The notes beneath the pieces are model-generated. The model was not told the DNA's origin and made no database searches. It was given only the letters and a program-made list of their open reading frames with translations. Positions 19,401 through 29,167 of a stretch of DNA of 64,000 nt are shown one piece after another. The translations under genes and the position numbers were made by a program. Positions within the stretch are counted from its first letter, which is position 1. Every line of letters begins with the position of its first letter. Source of the DNA: Bacteroidia bacterium (GTDB lineage: Bacteria; Bacteroidota; Bacteroidia; Palsa-965); assembly GCA_025454955.1 (NCBI GenBank), contig JALONL010000006.1:284198-348197 (forward strand). The letters run 5' to 3'.

Positions 19401-20106
19401 CCACACCACCGAAATACTGGCTTTGCGGACCGCGTGTGGTAATGTTAATCACACCGCCGGCAGCATCGCCAAACTGGGCAGGAACACCACCGGTAATAAC
19501 GCTCACCTGTTCGATTGCCTGCTGCGGCATATTGGCAGAACCAATAACGCGCTGACCGTCGATAAAGTAAGCAGTACCGCCCGAACGTGTACCGCGCATG
19601 TTGATAGCTCTTCCTTCGTCGGCCTGATATACACCGGCTGTGGTAGAAGCTACTGAGTTAATGTTTTTGGAGGGCATGGCAAGGAACTCCTCGCGGGTTA
19701 CCGTACCACCCGATTTGGTATCGGGGTCGATAAGCGGTTCCTTATACTCCACAATTTCCACCTGCGTAAGCTGGGTGGCTGTGGCGTTCATTTCGATGGT
19801 GATATAGGTTGTTTTCAATTCTGAAACAACAATATCACGCATTTCGGTTGTCTGATAACCGGTGTACTGGGCTTTCACCGTGTACTTACCGGCATCAATC
19901 GGTTTAAGGGTAAAGTCACCGTTAATGTCGGTAACAGCCCCTGTGACATTTACACCATTGAGAGAAGCGGTAATGACAGCAAAGGGAATACCTTCCCTTG
20001 TGGCTTTGTCAATTGCTTTCCCTTTAATGGCACCGCCACTCTGGGCCCAGGAAACGCCCGTGCCTGCAATGAGCAGAACAAGTGCAACGTAGAGTTTTCG
20101 CAGCAT
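16459..20106 (-). CDS. TonB-dependent-receptor-like outer membrane protein (1215 aa) with N-terminal CarboxypepD_reg domain, plug domain and C-terminal beta-barrel
   Basis: It has a signal peptide. The stretch GAIKGKAIDKATREGIPFAVI...DINGDF..KPIDAGKYTVKAQYTGY is CarboxypepD_reg-like. A TonB plug follows (AINMRGTRSGG...IDGQRV...IEQVSVITGGVPAQFGDAAGGVINITT), and the protein ends in a C-terminal Phe (…GIMLDF). Confidence 0.8.
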   Translation of the reverse strand: MLRKLYVALVLLIAGTGVSWAQSGGAIKGKAIDKATREGIPFAVITASLNGVNVTGAVTDINGDFTLKPIDAGKYTVKAQYTGYQTTEMRDIVVSELKTTYITIEMNATATQLTQVEIVEYKEPLIDPDTKSGGTVTREEFLAMPSKNINSVASTTAGVYQADEGRAINMRGTRSGGTAYFIDGQRVIGSANMPQQAIEQVSVITGGVPAQFGDAAGGVINITTRGPQSQYFGGVELITSEVLDDFGYNFVGFSVGGPIWMRKDSAGNKSPVLGFILSGEGVSERDANPSAIGVYKVKDDVLRNLEANPLRPAPLGTGFVRNSEFVRMNDLEKIAARQNVAERALRLNAKIDFKPTANLNITFGGSIDYSREHSFTYEYALFNPVNNPQVTQNTWRVYARLTQRFGNTNQESASNIKNAFYTLQVGYTRYTFTREDDTHRDDYFRYGHVGKFTQYKTRFFQPGTVTLPNGDVVSGFVQQAFADSALVFDGSNSSNPLGTNYTDYVFDNFTGQIQNYDQVPALLGLLNGSRAPSVYSLWWNTGRQFPGYLKQDRRQFRVFTSFSADIKNHAIQVGFEFEQRDESEFSLSAIDLWTRMRQLANFHLTQLDLANPLEVNYGTYNAYLYERLYDGSQQRYFDRSVREAMGLSATGTEWIDIDNMDPTFFNLNMFSAEDLLLDGSNIVSYYGYDHTGKKIKGNPSFDDFLTGTDANGNLSRTIGSFRPIYMAGYIQDKFDFKDIKFNVGVRIDRFDANQQVLRDPYVFYETKTVSEATNFSHPTNMGSDYVVYVNDLNNPTAVVGYRDENTWYNAQGNEISDVSLIAQATSTGRITPYLVDPSQTVVNAKSFRDYEPQLNIMPRIAFAFPISEEANFFAHYDVLTQRPTDGFRLDPIQYLYIQNRVGLFNNNPNLQPQRTTDYELGFTQTLNERKNSAITISGFYRELRNMIQVVAVQFAYPSNYLTYGNIDFGTVKGFTVAYDLRRTGGVQLTASYTLQFADGTGSGATEAQNLVAAGQPNLRTTLPLSFDQRHAIVTNIDYRFGSGANYRGPVWTMGKNKREVRVFDNVGANLVLRAGSGTPYTRQSNATPEAQFGVAARPLLDGLINGSRLPWQVRADLRIDKNVDLTWGSGDNQKVAALNIYLQVLNILNTQNVLNVYRYTGNANDDGYLSDASTQALIAAQNDPQSFRDLYSVKMADPTFYSIPRRIRLGIMLDF

Positions 20107-20242
20107 AGTTTAATTCTGTTTCGTTGTACCTTTTAGATATAGGTCGTGCAAATTGAAGTCGGTAAATATAGAAAGTTTTGTTTTTGACCTGCAAAAGAAG
20201 TTTTAACAAATCTTTGCAGAATCTAAAACGAAGCACGAAAAC

Positions 20243-20704
20243 CTATTGCAGGCCTTTGGGCTTACCAAGTAACTCACTCATTATTACCGCATTCTGCCAG
20301 TCGGGAGAATCTGCTGCGGGGAGGGATGTGGAACTGTTTGCAGCAAAATTTAATCCGGCCGGGGTATTAGGGGGGGATGTATTCCGGTGTTCGAACTCGT
20401 AAAGTTCGGATTCGATGCTTAACTCGCCGTCACTTGCCATTTCATCAACCACTTCTTCCTGGCTGTATGACGCATACGTAGGATTTGGTGTTTGATAAGA
20501 AGCTTGTGGAGGCTGAGCCTGCACCTGATTTGAAAGAACGACTTGCCGCAGCCATTGATCAACCTGTTGCTGTGATGCCTGACGCTGCTGCGGCACCTGG
20601 GATGAACCCGTTGATTGTTTCTGCGCTTTAACCGCATTCCGGTACATGCGGTATATTAAAACAAAGATAATAATAGCTATGTAGAAATAATATCCCGGAG
20701 ACAT
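20243..20704 (-). CDS. Hypothetical membrane-anchored Q-rich protein (153 aa)
   Basis: An N-terminal TM helix (YYFYIAIIIFVLIY) is followed by a Gln/Pro-rich low-complexity region. Confidence 0.4.
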   Translation of the reverse strand: MSPGYYFYIAIIIFVLIYRMYRNAVKAQKQSTGSSQVPQQRQASQQQVDQWLRQVVLSNQVQAQPPQASYQTPNPTYASYSQEEVVDEMASDGELSIESELYEFEHRNTSPPNTPAGLNFAANSSTSLPAADSPDWQNAVIMSELLGKPKGLQ

Positions 20705-20774
20705 GATTCTTTTGTTTGGTTTATCTTACACCGTAATCGGACGTTTGGGCGGCATAAGTGGTATGCAGTTTAGG

Positions 20775-21131
20775 CTAATTTCTGGAAAACCAGCGAAAAA
20801 GGAAGAATTTCCGCTTGTTTTCGTTGTGTCTTTTCGATTTACGGGCGGTTTTCTTCATTTGTTTGCGGGTACGCTTGTCGTTATTGTACTTTTTGCGGTA
20901 CTCCTTGCGCGCCTTTTCGTCGATCATTTTCTTTTTGCGCTCGTCTTTCCACTTCTGCTTGGCTTTCTGGCGTTCGAGTTTGCTGCTGGGGGCTTTTTGT
21001 TCGGTTCCCGAACTGCCCGAATTTCCCGAACCTCCGCCCTCGCCGCCTGCGGTTTGGGCCGTGGCGAGAAGCGGCAATAAAAACAGGCTCAGCCACACAA
21101 CCCGTTTCAGGTATTTACGTCTGTAACTCAT
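20775..21131 (-). CDS. Hypothetical secreted lysine-rich basic protein (118 aa)
   Basis: A signal peptide (VVWLSLFLLPLLATAQ) is followed by a Gly/Ser-rich spacer, then an extremely K/R-rich tail (KQKWKDERKKKMIDEKARKEYRKKYNNDKRTRKQMKKTARKSKRHNENKRK). Confidence 0.45.
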   Translation of the reverse strand: MSYRRKYLKRVVWLSLFLLPLLATAQTAGGEGGGSGNSGSSGTEQKAPSSKLERQKAKQKWKDERKKKMIDEKARKEYRKKYNNDKRTRKQMKKTARKSKRHNENKRKFFLFRWFSRN

Positions 21132-21162
21132 TACTTACAAATTTAAGTTTTTTATCCACACC

Positions 21163-21615
21163 GTGTTTCACCGGCTTTGGCTTAACTTTATCAGCATGAA
21201 ACGTGCCTGTTTTATCTTTTGTGCAATGTCTTTGCTTTTGTTTTCCACCTGCCGCCGCGAGCAGCAGGTGGTGCCCAATGTGGCCGTTAATGTAATTATT
21301 TACCTCAACGACCCGCAAAACATCGCACTTACCACCGTGGGCGGCTGGATGTATGTAAACGGAGGAAACCGCGGCATTGTGGTACACCGCATCAGCCAGA
21401 ACGAGTTTGTGGCGTTCGACCGCACCTGCCCCTACCGGCCCGACGAAGCCGCCTCGCAGGTGAGTGTGGATTCGTCAAACGTAATACTCGAAGACCGCTC
21501 CTGCGGCTCCAAGTTCCTGCTTTCCGACGGCAGCCCCATTCAAACTCCCGCCCTTGTACCGCTCAGACAATACAACACCACGTTCGACGGGAATGCGATA
21601 CGCATTGTGAATTAG
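21163..21615 (+). CDS. Hypothetical lipoprotein/secreted protein (about 140 aa); the start is probably the ATG at 21196
   Basis: MKRACFIFCAMSLLLFSTC is a lipoprotein-type signal. The ORF is convergent with ahcY. Confidence 0.45.
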   Translation: MFHRLWLNFISMKRACFIFCAMSLLLFSTCRREQQVVPNVAVNVIIYLNDPQNIALTTVGGWMYVNGGNRGIVVHRISQNEFVAFDRTCPYRPDEAASQVSVDSSNVILEDRSCGSKFLLSDGSPIQTPALVPLRQYNTTFDGNAIRIVN

Positions 21616-21645
21616 CACTTACTCACCAATCAGTCATAAAACAGG

Positions 21646-21680
21646 AAGGGCTGCGATTTTGTCGCAGCCCTTTCTGTGAA
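21646..21680. terminator. Hairpin between convergent genes (putative bidirectional terminator)
   Basis: AAGGGCTGCGA-TTTTGT-CGCAGCCCTT lies in the 130-bp gap between the ends of 21163..21615(+) and ahcY(-). Confidence 0.4.
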
Positions 21681-21743
21681 ATAAAATGCAATCAGACTAT
21701 GTGCATTTCCGGCAAGCCGGAAGCACACGGCCCTTTTCGCGGC

Positions 21744-23060
<1,317 letters not shown>

Positions 23061-23183
23061 TGTAAAGTTTTGTTTATCCCCTTTTGGGAGTGCAAAGGTA
23101 CGGATTTATCGGCAAAAGCCAAACCGTGAAATACTGCCGGGCAGGGTGTATGAAGTAAAATTAATGTGTTCTTTTTCAGCCGT

Positions 23184-25313
23184 TTACTTCTCGCTCAGTA
23201 TTGTACTTCCGCCCACCTCGCCCGTGCGGCCCGATTCGAGTATGCCGCGGCAGCGCTGCAGGTACATTTCCACCACCTTATCGCCGGGCTTTAACGCTTC
23301 GCATTTCTCAAACTCCGCGTAAGCGTCTTTGATGCGCAAATCGAGATAAGCCTCCATTGCCTTTTCGTAAGCAGACACGAACGCTGTTTCCAGCGGAGCC
23401 AGCCTGTTTTTCCAGCCAATAATTTCCCAGATTTCGTGCGCCTCCTTTTTTCCTTTGGCCACTACCCGATCGACAAAGCGGAAAAGCAGTTCGTCTTTGC
23501 GTTCGAGGCGTTCCATGGTTTGGGAAGTGGCCAGCAGTTCCACGCCGTACATTTTGGTCATGCTCTCAATGCGCGAAGCAAGATTTACGGCATCGCCAAT
23601 GGCGGTTGAGTCCATGCGTTCGTTTCCGCCCAGTGTGCCCATAATTACAAAGCCCGAATGGATTCCGATGCCCATTTTCAGTTCGGGTGTTCCGGCTTTG
23701 GTGCGCTGGGTATTGAGTAAGGCAAGTGTTTGCTGCATTTCGAGGGCGGCGGTAACGGCGTTGGTGGCATCGGAGTGCAGGGCATTGCTTTCAAATAATG
23801 CCATAATTCCGTCGCCCATGTATTTATCTACAAATCCGTTTCCTGCGCGAATGGGCGGCTCCACAAACGAGAGGTACTGGTTGAGCATCACAAACACTTC
23901 CTCGGGAGTCATTTTCTCGGCGAGGGAAGTAAATGAGCGGATGTCGCTGAAAAGCACGCTGGCCTGCACTTTTTCGGCATTGCCGGGCTTTATCGATTCG
24001 ATGCCTTCTTTGGCAATACGATCGAGAAACTGCACCGGCACAAATTTGCGGAAAGTATCGGCATACAACTCGGTTTTGCGGAATGCACCTGCGTAGCGCG
24101 ACGAAAGCACATAAGCCTGAGCCATTGTAACCAGCAACAATCCAAAGGTGAGGTAAAGACCGGTGTAAATAAGTTCGAGCTGATTGAGTGTGTCGTTTAC
24201 AATGGTGAGCAGAAATAAAATGGAGGTGGCCAGAAAAACAATGGCGCCTTCTTTTTTCCGTCGTGCGGCTTTAATGAATACATAAATGGTGTAAAGACTG
24301 GTGAGCCAGGCATAACCTATAAACACGTAGGAAGTATTGGTATAAATAACCGAAGGTGTAAAAAGCACAAAAAGAATAAGCAGCACACCAAAGCCGGTAA
24401 TGATGCGGTACACCCATTTGTTCCATTCTTCGCGGTAAAGCATCCACACAAAAGTGACATACACCGGCGCACTGCAAAACGTGAGTATGTATTCGATTTT
24501 GCGGGCCACATACCAGTTGAGTTCGGGGAAAGCGAGGTGAATAAGATTTTCGCCGGTAAACATGCTTCGGATGCTGATTACCGCGCACATAATGCCGAAG
24601 TAAAGTGTGGAAGGATCTTTACGCCGCAGCCAGTAAAGGCTGAAATGATACAGCGCCATGATAAACAGCGAACCGAAGAGAAACATTTCGAGCAGCAAAC
24701 GTTTTTCGCGTTCCAGTTGCACCACGGGCGCATCGGCCAGTTCGATGGGCAGCCAGAAACCGCCTTTGCAATGCGCGAAATTGGATACCTGCAAAATGAT
24801 TCGCAGCTGGCGTGAATTTTCGTGAAAGAATACCACCTGCGGTTTATAGCCGGGTTCGCTTTCGCTGGCCGTGGTTCCGGTTTTTCCGCATCGGGCCACG
24901 GGCCTATCGTTTATCCAGAGGTTGAATGCGTTGCTTACGGTGAGTATGTTGAGTGCGGGCAGTGTAAGTGTATCGGCAAGTTGTATGTTGAGCACGTAGG
25001 TGGCGAAGCCGTGTGCGGGCATGGGACCGTTTGCGGTGGGCTGCGCATTCCAGATGCCGGGGACTTTTATATAGCCGTCGGGGGGCGGAGTGGTGCTGTC
25101 GAAATCGGCGGGAGTGAGGAATTTGTTGGCGTAAAAGGCCCATTCGCCATTAAGCGGCAGAGGCGCATCGGAGAAATGTGTCCATTGCCTGAGGTCTAAG
25201 TTGCCTTGCTGTGCTTTGGGTTTGGCGGCACGGGCCGTCTGGTTAAGCAGCACGTAAACAGCCACCAGCAGGGGCAGCAGCAAAAGCAGGGTGGTGCGTA
25301 TTTTATGGGTCAC
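23184..25313 (-). CDS. Class III adenylate/guanylate cyclase with 7TMR-DISM-type extracellular and 7-TM N-terminal region
   Basis: A 709-aa ORF with a signal peptide and a ~190-aa periplasmic domain, followed by 7 hydrophobic helices. The cyclase homology domain follows (FSDIRSFTSLAEKM...KYMGDGIMALF...GIGIHSGFVIMGTLG). Confidence 0.8.
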   Translation of the reverse strand: MTHKIRTTLLLLLPLLVAVYVLLNQTARAAKPKAQQGNLDLRQWTHFSDAPLPLNGEWAFYANKFLTPADFDSTTPPPDGYIKVPGIWNAQPTANGPMPAHGFATYVLNIQLADTLTLPALNILTVSNAFNLWINDRPVARCGKTGTTASESEPGYKPQVVFFHENSRQLRIILQVSNFAHCKGGFWLPIELADAPVVQLEREKRLLLEMFLFGSLFIMALYHFSLYWLRRKDPSTLYFGIMCAVISIRSMFTGENLIHLAFPELNWYVARKIEYILTFCSAPVYVTFVWMLYREEWNKWVYRIITGFGVLLILFVLFTPSVIYTNTSYVFIGYAWLTSLYTIYVFIKAARRKKEGAIVFLATSILFLLTIVNDTLNQLELIYTGLYLTFGLLLVTMAQAYVLSSRYAGAFRKTELYADTFRKFVPVQFLDRIAKEGIESIKPGNAEKVQASVLFSDIRSFTSLAEKMTPEEVFVMLNQYLSFVEPPIRAGNGFVDKYMGDGIMALFESNALHSDATNAVTAALEMQQTLALLNTQRTKAGTPELKMGIGIHSGFVIMGTLGGNERMDSTAIGDAVNLASRIESMTKMYGVELLATSQTMERLERKDELLFRFVDRVVAKGKKEAHEIWEIIGWKNRLAPLETAFVSAYEKAMEAYLDLRIKDAYAEFEKCEALKPGDKVVEMYLQRCRGILESGRTGEVGGSTILSEK

Positions 25314-25387
25314 AGTGTGCGGGTAAAATTATCCGGTAAAAACAGGCGAAGGTTTTGGCAATGGGTCACGGGAAAGCAAACGCAGAA

Positions 25388-26890
25388 TTATTGCACAAAG
25401 TACATTTCAATGCGGCCTTTGTTTTTGGCTTCAATTTTTCCGCGATACAGGCAGTTGTATTGATTACCGATAAGCTGAAAGGTATTGCCGGAAATATTGA
25501 TTTGTCCCGATTCAGAATTTTGTTCCATGCGTGCAGCCACGTTCACGGTATCGCCCCAGATATCGTACTGGAATTTATGGTTGCCCACCACGCCGGCAAT
25601 GAGCGGGCCGGTGTTTATGCCAATTCTGATATGAAATGCGGAAGGGTTTTGCTGCAGCCTTTCGTTGGCAAATTCCATCATTTCGCGGGCTGCTTTTACC
25701 ACATCGGTGGCGTGAGACTGATTGGCCACGGGCAATCCGCCCACGGCCATGTAGGCATCGCCAATGGTTTTAATTTTTTCAATGTTATTGCGGCGGATAA
25801 TCTGGTCGAATGCCTGGAAGTACACGTCGATTTCCTTTACCAGTTCTTCGGGCTTCATTTTTTCGGCCATGCCGGTAAAGTTTACGAAGTCTGAAAAAAG
25901 TACGGTGGCCGAATCGTAGTAGCGGGTGGTGGCCTTGCCCTGATTCATGAGCTCGTTGGCTGTTTCTTCGGGCAGGATGTTAAGCAGCAGGCGGCGCGAT
26001 TTGTTTCTTTCTTCTTCAATAACCTGCTTTTGTTCGAGAATTTCGTCGTAGCTTTTTTTCAGTTCAATATTGCGCAGGCGGAAAATTTCGTTGTCTCTTT
26101 CGCGAAGCGTTAGTTCGTGTTTAATTTTTTCCTGTTCGGCTTTCTGTTCGGCCAGGGCGAGTTCTTTTGTTTGCCTGGCCAGGATAATTTCGGCCCGGGT
26201 AATGGCAATATTGAGGTAATAGGCCCATATTCCGATAAAGCAGAACGAGAGAATAATATTCGACACATTAAACCAGCCCAAAGCTTCGGCACCGATGGCG
26301 TAAAGTGGAGAAATTTGCACCAGAAACAACTGTATGTAGAGGAATCCGGCCGTACAAAGCAGCAGCAGTGAGGTTTTCCAGATTACACTGCCGCCGGGCA
26401 TGAGAAACGGAAAAATGGCCACTACCGGAATGAAATACTGAAACCCTGCATCCACCCCAAGAAACATTACCGCCACAATCTGATGCAATACAATTTCGGA
26501 AAGCGAAATAGTCATGCTCACCATGTGATAGGCAAACCGGTTAAACACAATAGCCGCCACATAACAGGCCACACTGAAAAGCTGAACCCAGGCCAGCGGC
26601 TCCACATCGAGATAAAGCAGCACAAAAAACCAGCCGAGGTGTGCCATCCAGGCACCTGTTTGCGCTACGTTGGCCACCACATAAAACCTTGAGTTTTGTA
26701 TGGCCACACGACGCGGAAGAGTATCAAAATGCAGGTATAGTTTTACAAGCAGGCTCCACAGCCATCTCAAAGGTTGCATGATGAAAATTGGTTTGGCTCC
26801 GTGAAGATCGGGTTTTGTGATAATAATCATCGAATAAAAAACTCCCGGCATCAAAACATTTTTCAGATTTTTACGTTTTTGCAAGTACAT
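25388..26890 (-). CDS. Class III adenylate/guanylate cyclase with multi-TM N-terminal sensor region and coiled-coil linker
   Basis: A 500-aa ORF with ~6 TM helices and a coiled coil (LALAEQKAEQEKIKHELTLRERDNEIFRLRNIELKK). The cyclase homology domain follows (VLFSDFVNFTGMAEKM...IGDAYMAVGGLP...IGINTGPLIAGVVG..KFQYDIWGDTVNVAARME). Confidence 0.85.
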   Translation of the reverse strand: MYLQKRKNLKNVLMPGVFYSMIIITKPDLHGAKPIFIMQPLRWLWSLLVKLYLHFDTLPRRVAIQNSRFYVVANVAQTGAWMAHLGWFFVLLYLDVEPLAWVQLFSVACYVAAIVFNRFAYHMVSMTISLSEIVLHQIVAVMFLGVDAGFQYFIPVVAIFPFLMPGGSVIWKTSLLLLCTAGFLYIQLFLVQISPLYAIGAEALGWFNVSNIILSFCFIGIWAYYLNIAITRAEIILARQTKELALAEQKAEQEKIKHELTLRERDNEIFRLRNIELKKSYDEILEQKQVIEEERNKSRRLLLNILPEETANELMNQGKATTRYYDSATVLFSDFVNFTGMAEKMKPEELVKEIDVYFQAFDQIIRRNNIEKIKTIGDAYMAVGGLPVANQSHATDVVKAAREMMEFANERLQQNPSAFHIRIGINTGPLIAGVVGNHKFQYDIWGDTVNVAARMEQNSESGQINISGNTFQLIGNQYNCLYRGKIEAKNKGRIEMYFVQ

Positions 26891-26898
26891 TTCAACCC

Positions 26899-27495
26899 AT
26901 GAATCAACCCGATTACCACGCCGCAGCCTCGTATATGCTGCAAAAGCTTGATATGAGCCTGCCGGCGAATTATCATTACCACAATACCGCCCATACGGTT
27001 CAGGTACTTGATTCGGTGGAGATCATTGCACGCGGCGAAAATATTGCGGAGGATAAATTATTGCTGCTTAAAACTGCTGCGGTGTATCACGATTGCGGTT
27101 TTATGGAACAGTATCAGACTAATGAACCCGTAGCCGCCCGTATTGCAGGAGAAGTATTGCCTCAATTCAATTATTCGGCCGATGAGATTGAATTTGTGAA
27201 GCGGCTCATTCTGGTTACCGCAATTGGTGCCGAACCTGCTGATATTTTCGAAGAAATTATGAAGGATGCCGATTTCGATTATCTCGGTACCGAAAATTAT
27301 GCGCCGGTTTCGTTGCTGCTTAAAAAAGAATGGGAAACCCAGGGTATGACCTACTCCACTGCCGACTGGTTTTTGTTGCAACAAAAATTCCTTACCAATC
27401 ATCGCTATTACACAGCTACTGCGCAGCAACTACGCAACGCAGGCAAGCAAAAAAACCTCGCCGATATTGAACAGCAACTCATGGCCTTGCATTAG
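26899..27495 (+). CDS. HD-domain metal-dependent phosphohydrolase (candidate cNMP phosphodiesterase)
   Basis: A 198-aa ORF with H..H...D and the AAVYHDCGF HD motif. It is divergent from the two cyclase genes. Confidence 0.6.
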   Translation: MNQPDYHAAASYMLQKLDMSLPANYHYHNTAHTVQVLDSVEIIARGENIAEDKLLLLKTAAVYHDCGFMEQYQTNEPVAARIAGEVLPQFNYSADEIEFVKRLILVTAIGAEPADIFEEIMKDADFDYLGTENYAPVSLLLKKEWETQGMTYSTADWFLLQQKFLTNHRYYTATAQQLRNAGKQKNLADIEQQLMALH

Positions 27496-27510
27496 TTGAA
27501 TACCACTACG

Positions 27511-27551
27511 AAAAAAGAGGCTGTCTCAAAAGGTCGAGACAGCCTTTTTTT
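27511..27551 (+). terminator. Rho-independent terminator of the HD gene (the hairpin is built partly from the left IS inverted repeat)
   Basis: AGGCTGTCTC-AAAAGGTC-GAGACAGCCT followed by TTTTTTT, 16 nt after the HD stop. Confidence 0.6.
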
Positions 27552-27610
27552 GTTTGTACTCGTTTTTGCCACAGAGTTGGCAATCTTTTCTAAAAAAAGA
27601 GTTTCCCCTT

Positions 27611-29167
27611 TCAGTTTTTCGCACTTCGTGCGGCTTTTTTAGCCAGATTGTGTGCAATAGCGATTAATCCGGTCTCGATCTGTACTTTTTCCAAGCCACG
27701 TAGCATAAATCGTTTAAAACCTTTGTTGTGTTTGATCTGAGCAAACACAGGTTCAATCTCCACCGGTCGTTTCTTGCGGCGGATTATCCCTTTTTCACTG
27801 GTAAGTCGTTGTGCCGCTTGTTGCTTATATAATCGTAACTGATGATTGATCTGCACTTCCCTGTCGTGTTTACTCTGATGGCACTTTTCTCTCAAGACAC
27901 ATCCCTCACAAGATAAAGCACGATAATGCGTAATTACTTGTTCATATCCACTGTCATTCTTACACTTTCTTGTCCCCACATTATATAGTGTTTGTTGGGC
28001 CGGACAAGTGAGTGTATCAGTCTGTTCGTCGTAATGAAGCTGATTGACTGCAAACGGATTCTGCTTGTGTGGGCTGCGTTGCTCGCGGTCAAAGTGATTG
28101 TACTTTACAAAGTTCTCTACTTTTTCTTTTTCCAGATAAGCGTAATTCTGTTCCGATCCATAACCCGCATCGGCTGTTACTGCGGCAGGTGTTTGTTGAT
28201 AAAGCGTGCGATAGTGTTCAAGATGCTTGATTAATGCTTGCGTGTCGGTGGTTAACTGGTGGATGGTATAATTTACAATGTACTGGTTGTTACTGCTCAC
28301 TTGTAAATTGTAAGCGGGCTTGAGTTGCCCGTTGCGCATGTGATCTTCTTTCATGCGCATAAAGGTGGCATCGGTATCGGTTTTACTAAAGCTGCTGCGC
28401 TTTTCCCCTGCATTAATAAGACTTTCCTGATGCTGGTATTTACGAAGATTATCGGGCCAGTGTTTACGGGCGTAATTCAGTTTCTGTCGCACCTTGGGAT
28501 CCGTCGGCTTTTCGGCCAAGGTCTGATCAATGCGGGCGATGGCCTGTGCCACCTGTTCAGGATCGGCAGGATCAAATTCAAGCGGTGCCGTATCGGCCTC
28601 TTCTTCTTTAGCTACTTGTTGTGCATACGCCCAAAGACTGTCTATTTGCTCTTTAATACGTTCACGCCCCCGACTAATGTTTTTGCCCCATACAAAAGTG
28701 TAACGGTTGGCGTTGGCCTCTAACTTGGTGCCATCAGTATAAAGGTCGCGGATGTCTAACAAGCCCTCTGCACTTAATAGCTGAACAATTTGTACAAAGA
28801 TTTCTTTTAGTGGTGCTGCCAGGCGTTTTGACCGAAAGCGATTGATCGAGTTGTGATCGGGACGAGCCATGCCCGAGAGCCACATAAAATGAATGTTTTC
28901 TTTTAGCGCAGCTTCCAGTTTGCGGCTGCTGTAAATATTGCTCAGGTAACCATAAATCAGCACCTTGAGCATCATCTTCGGATGGTAGCTGGGCGCTCCG
29001 CCTCCTTGATAGGCCTCTTGTAAGGGACGGATGCTTATCGAGTCAATTACTTGATTAACAACCAATACAGGGTGGTTCGGCTCGATAAGTTCTTCCAGAC
29101 TCGGAGGAAGTAACTGCGCCTGCTGCGGAATGTAATCTTTAAAGATTACTTTTGTCGTTGATAGCAC
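27611..29167 (-). CDS. IS1182-family (IS5-like, DUF772 N-terminal domain) DDE transposase
   Basis: A 518-aa ORF with the N-terminal signature ...HPKMMLKVLIYGYLSNIYSSRKLEAALKENIHFMWLSGMARPDHNSINRFR characteristic of IS1182/ISL3-like DUF772 transposases. A C-terminal DDE region follows (LYTDGTKLEANANRYTFVW...ADAGYGSEQNY). Confidence 0.85.
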   Translation of the reverse strand: MLSTTKVIFKDYIPQQAQLLPPSLEELIEPNHPVLVVNQVIDSISIRPLQEAYQGGGAPSYHPKMMLKVLIYGYLSNIYSSRKLEAALKENIHFMWLSGMARPDHNSINRFRSKRLAAPLKEIFVQIVQLLSAEGLLDIRDLYTDGTKLEANANRYTFVWGKNISRGRERIKEQIDSLWAYAQQVAKEEEADTAPLEFDPADPEQVAQAIARIDQTLAEKPTDPKVRQKLNYARKHWPDNLRKYQHQESLINAGEKRSSFSKTDTDATFMRMKEDHMRNGQLKPAYNLQVSSNNQYIVNYTIHQLTTDTQALIKHLEHYRTLYQQTPAAVTADAGYGSEQNYAYLEKEKVENFVKYNHFDREQRSPHKQNPFAVNQLHYDEQTDTLTCPAQQTLYNVGTRKCKNDSGYEQVITHYRALSCEGCVLREKCHQSKHDREVQINHQLRLYKQQAAQRLTSEKGIIRRKKRPVEIEPVFAQIKHNKGFKRFMLRGLEKVQIETGLIAIAHNLAKKAARSAKN

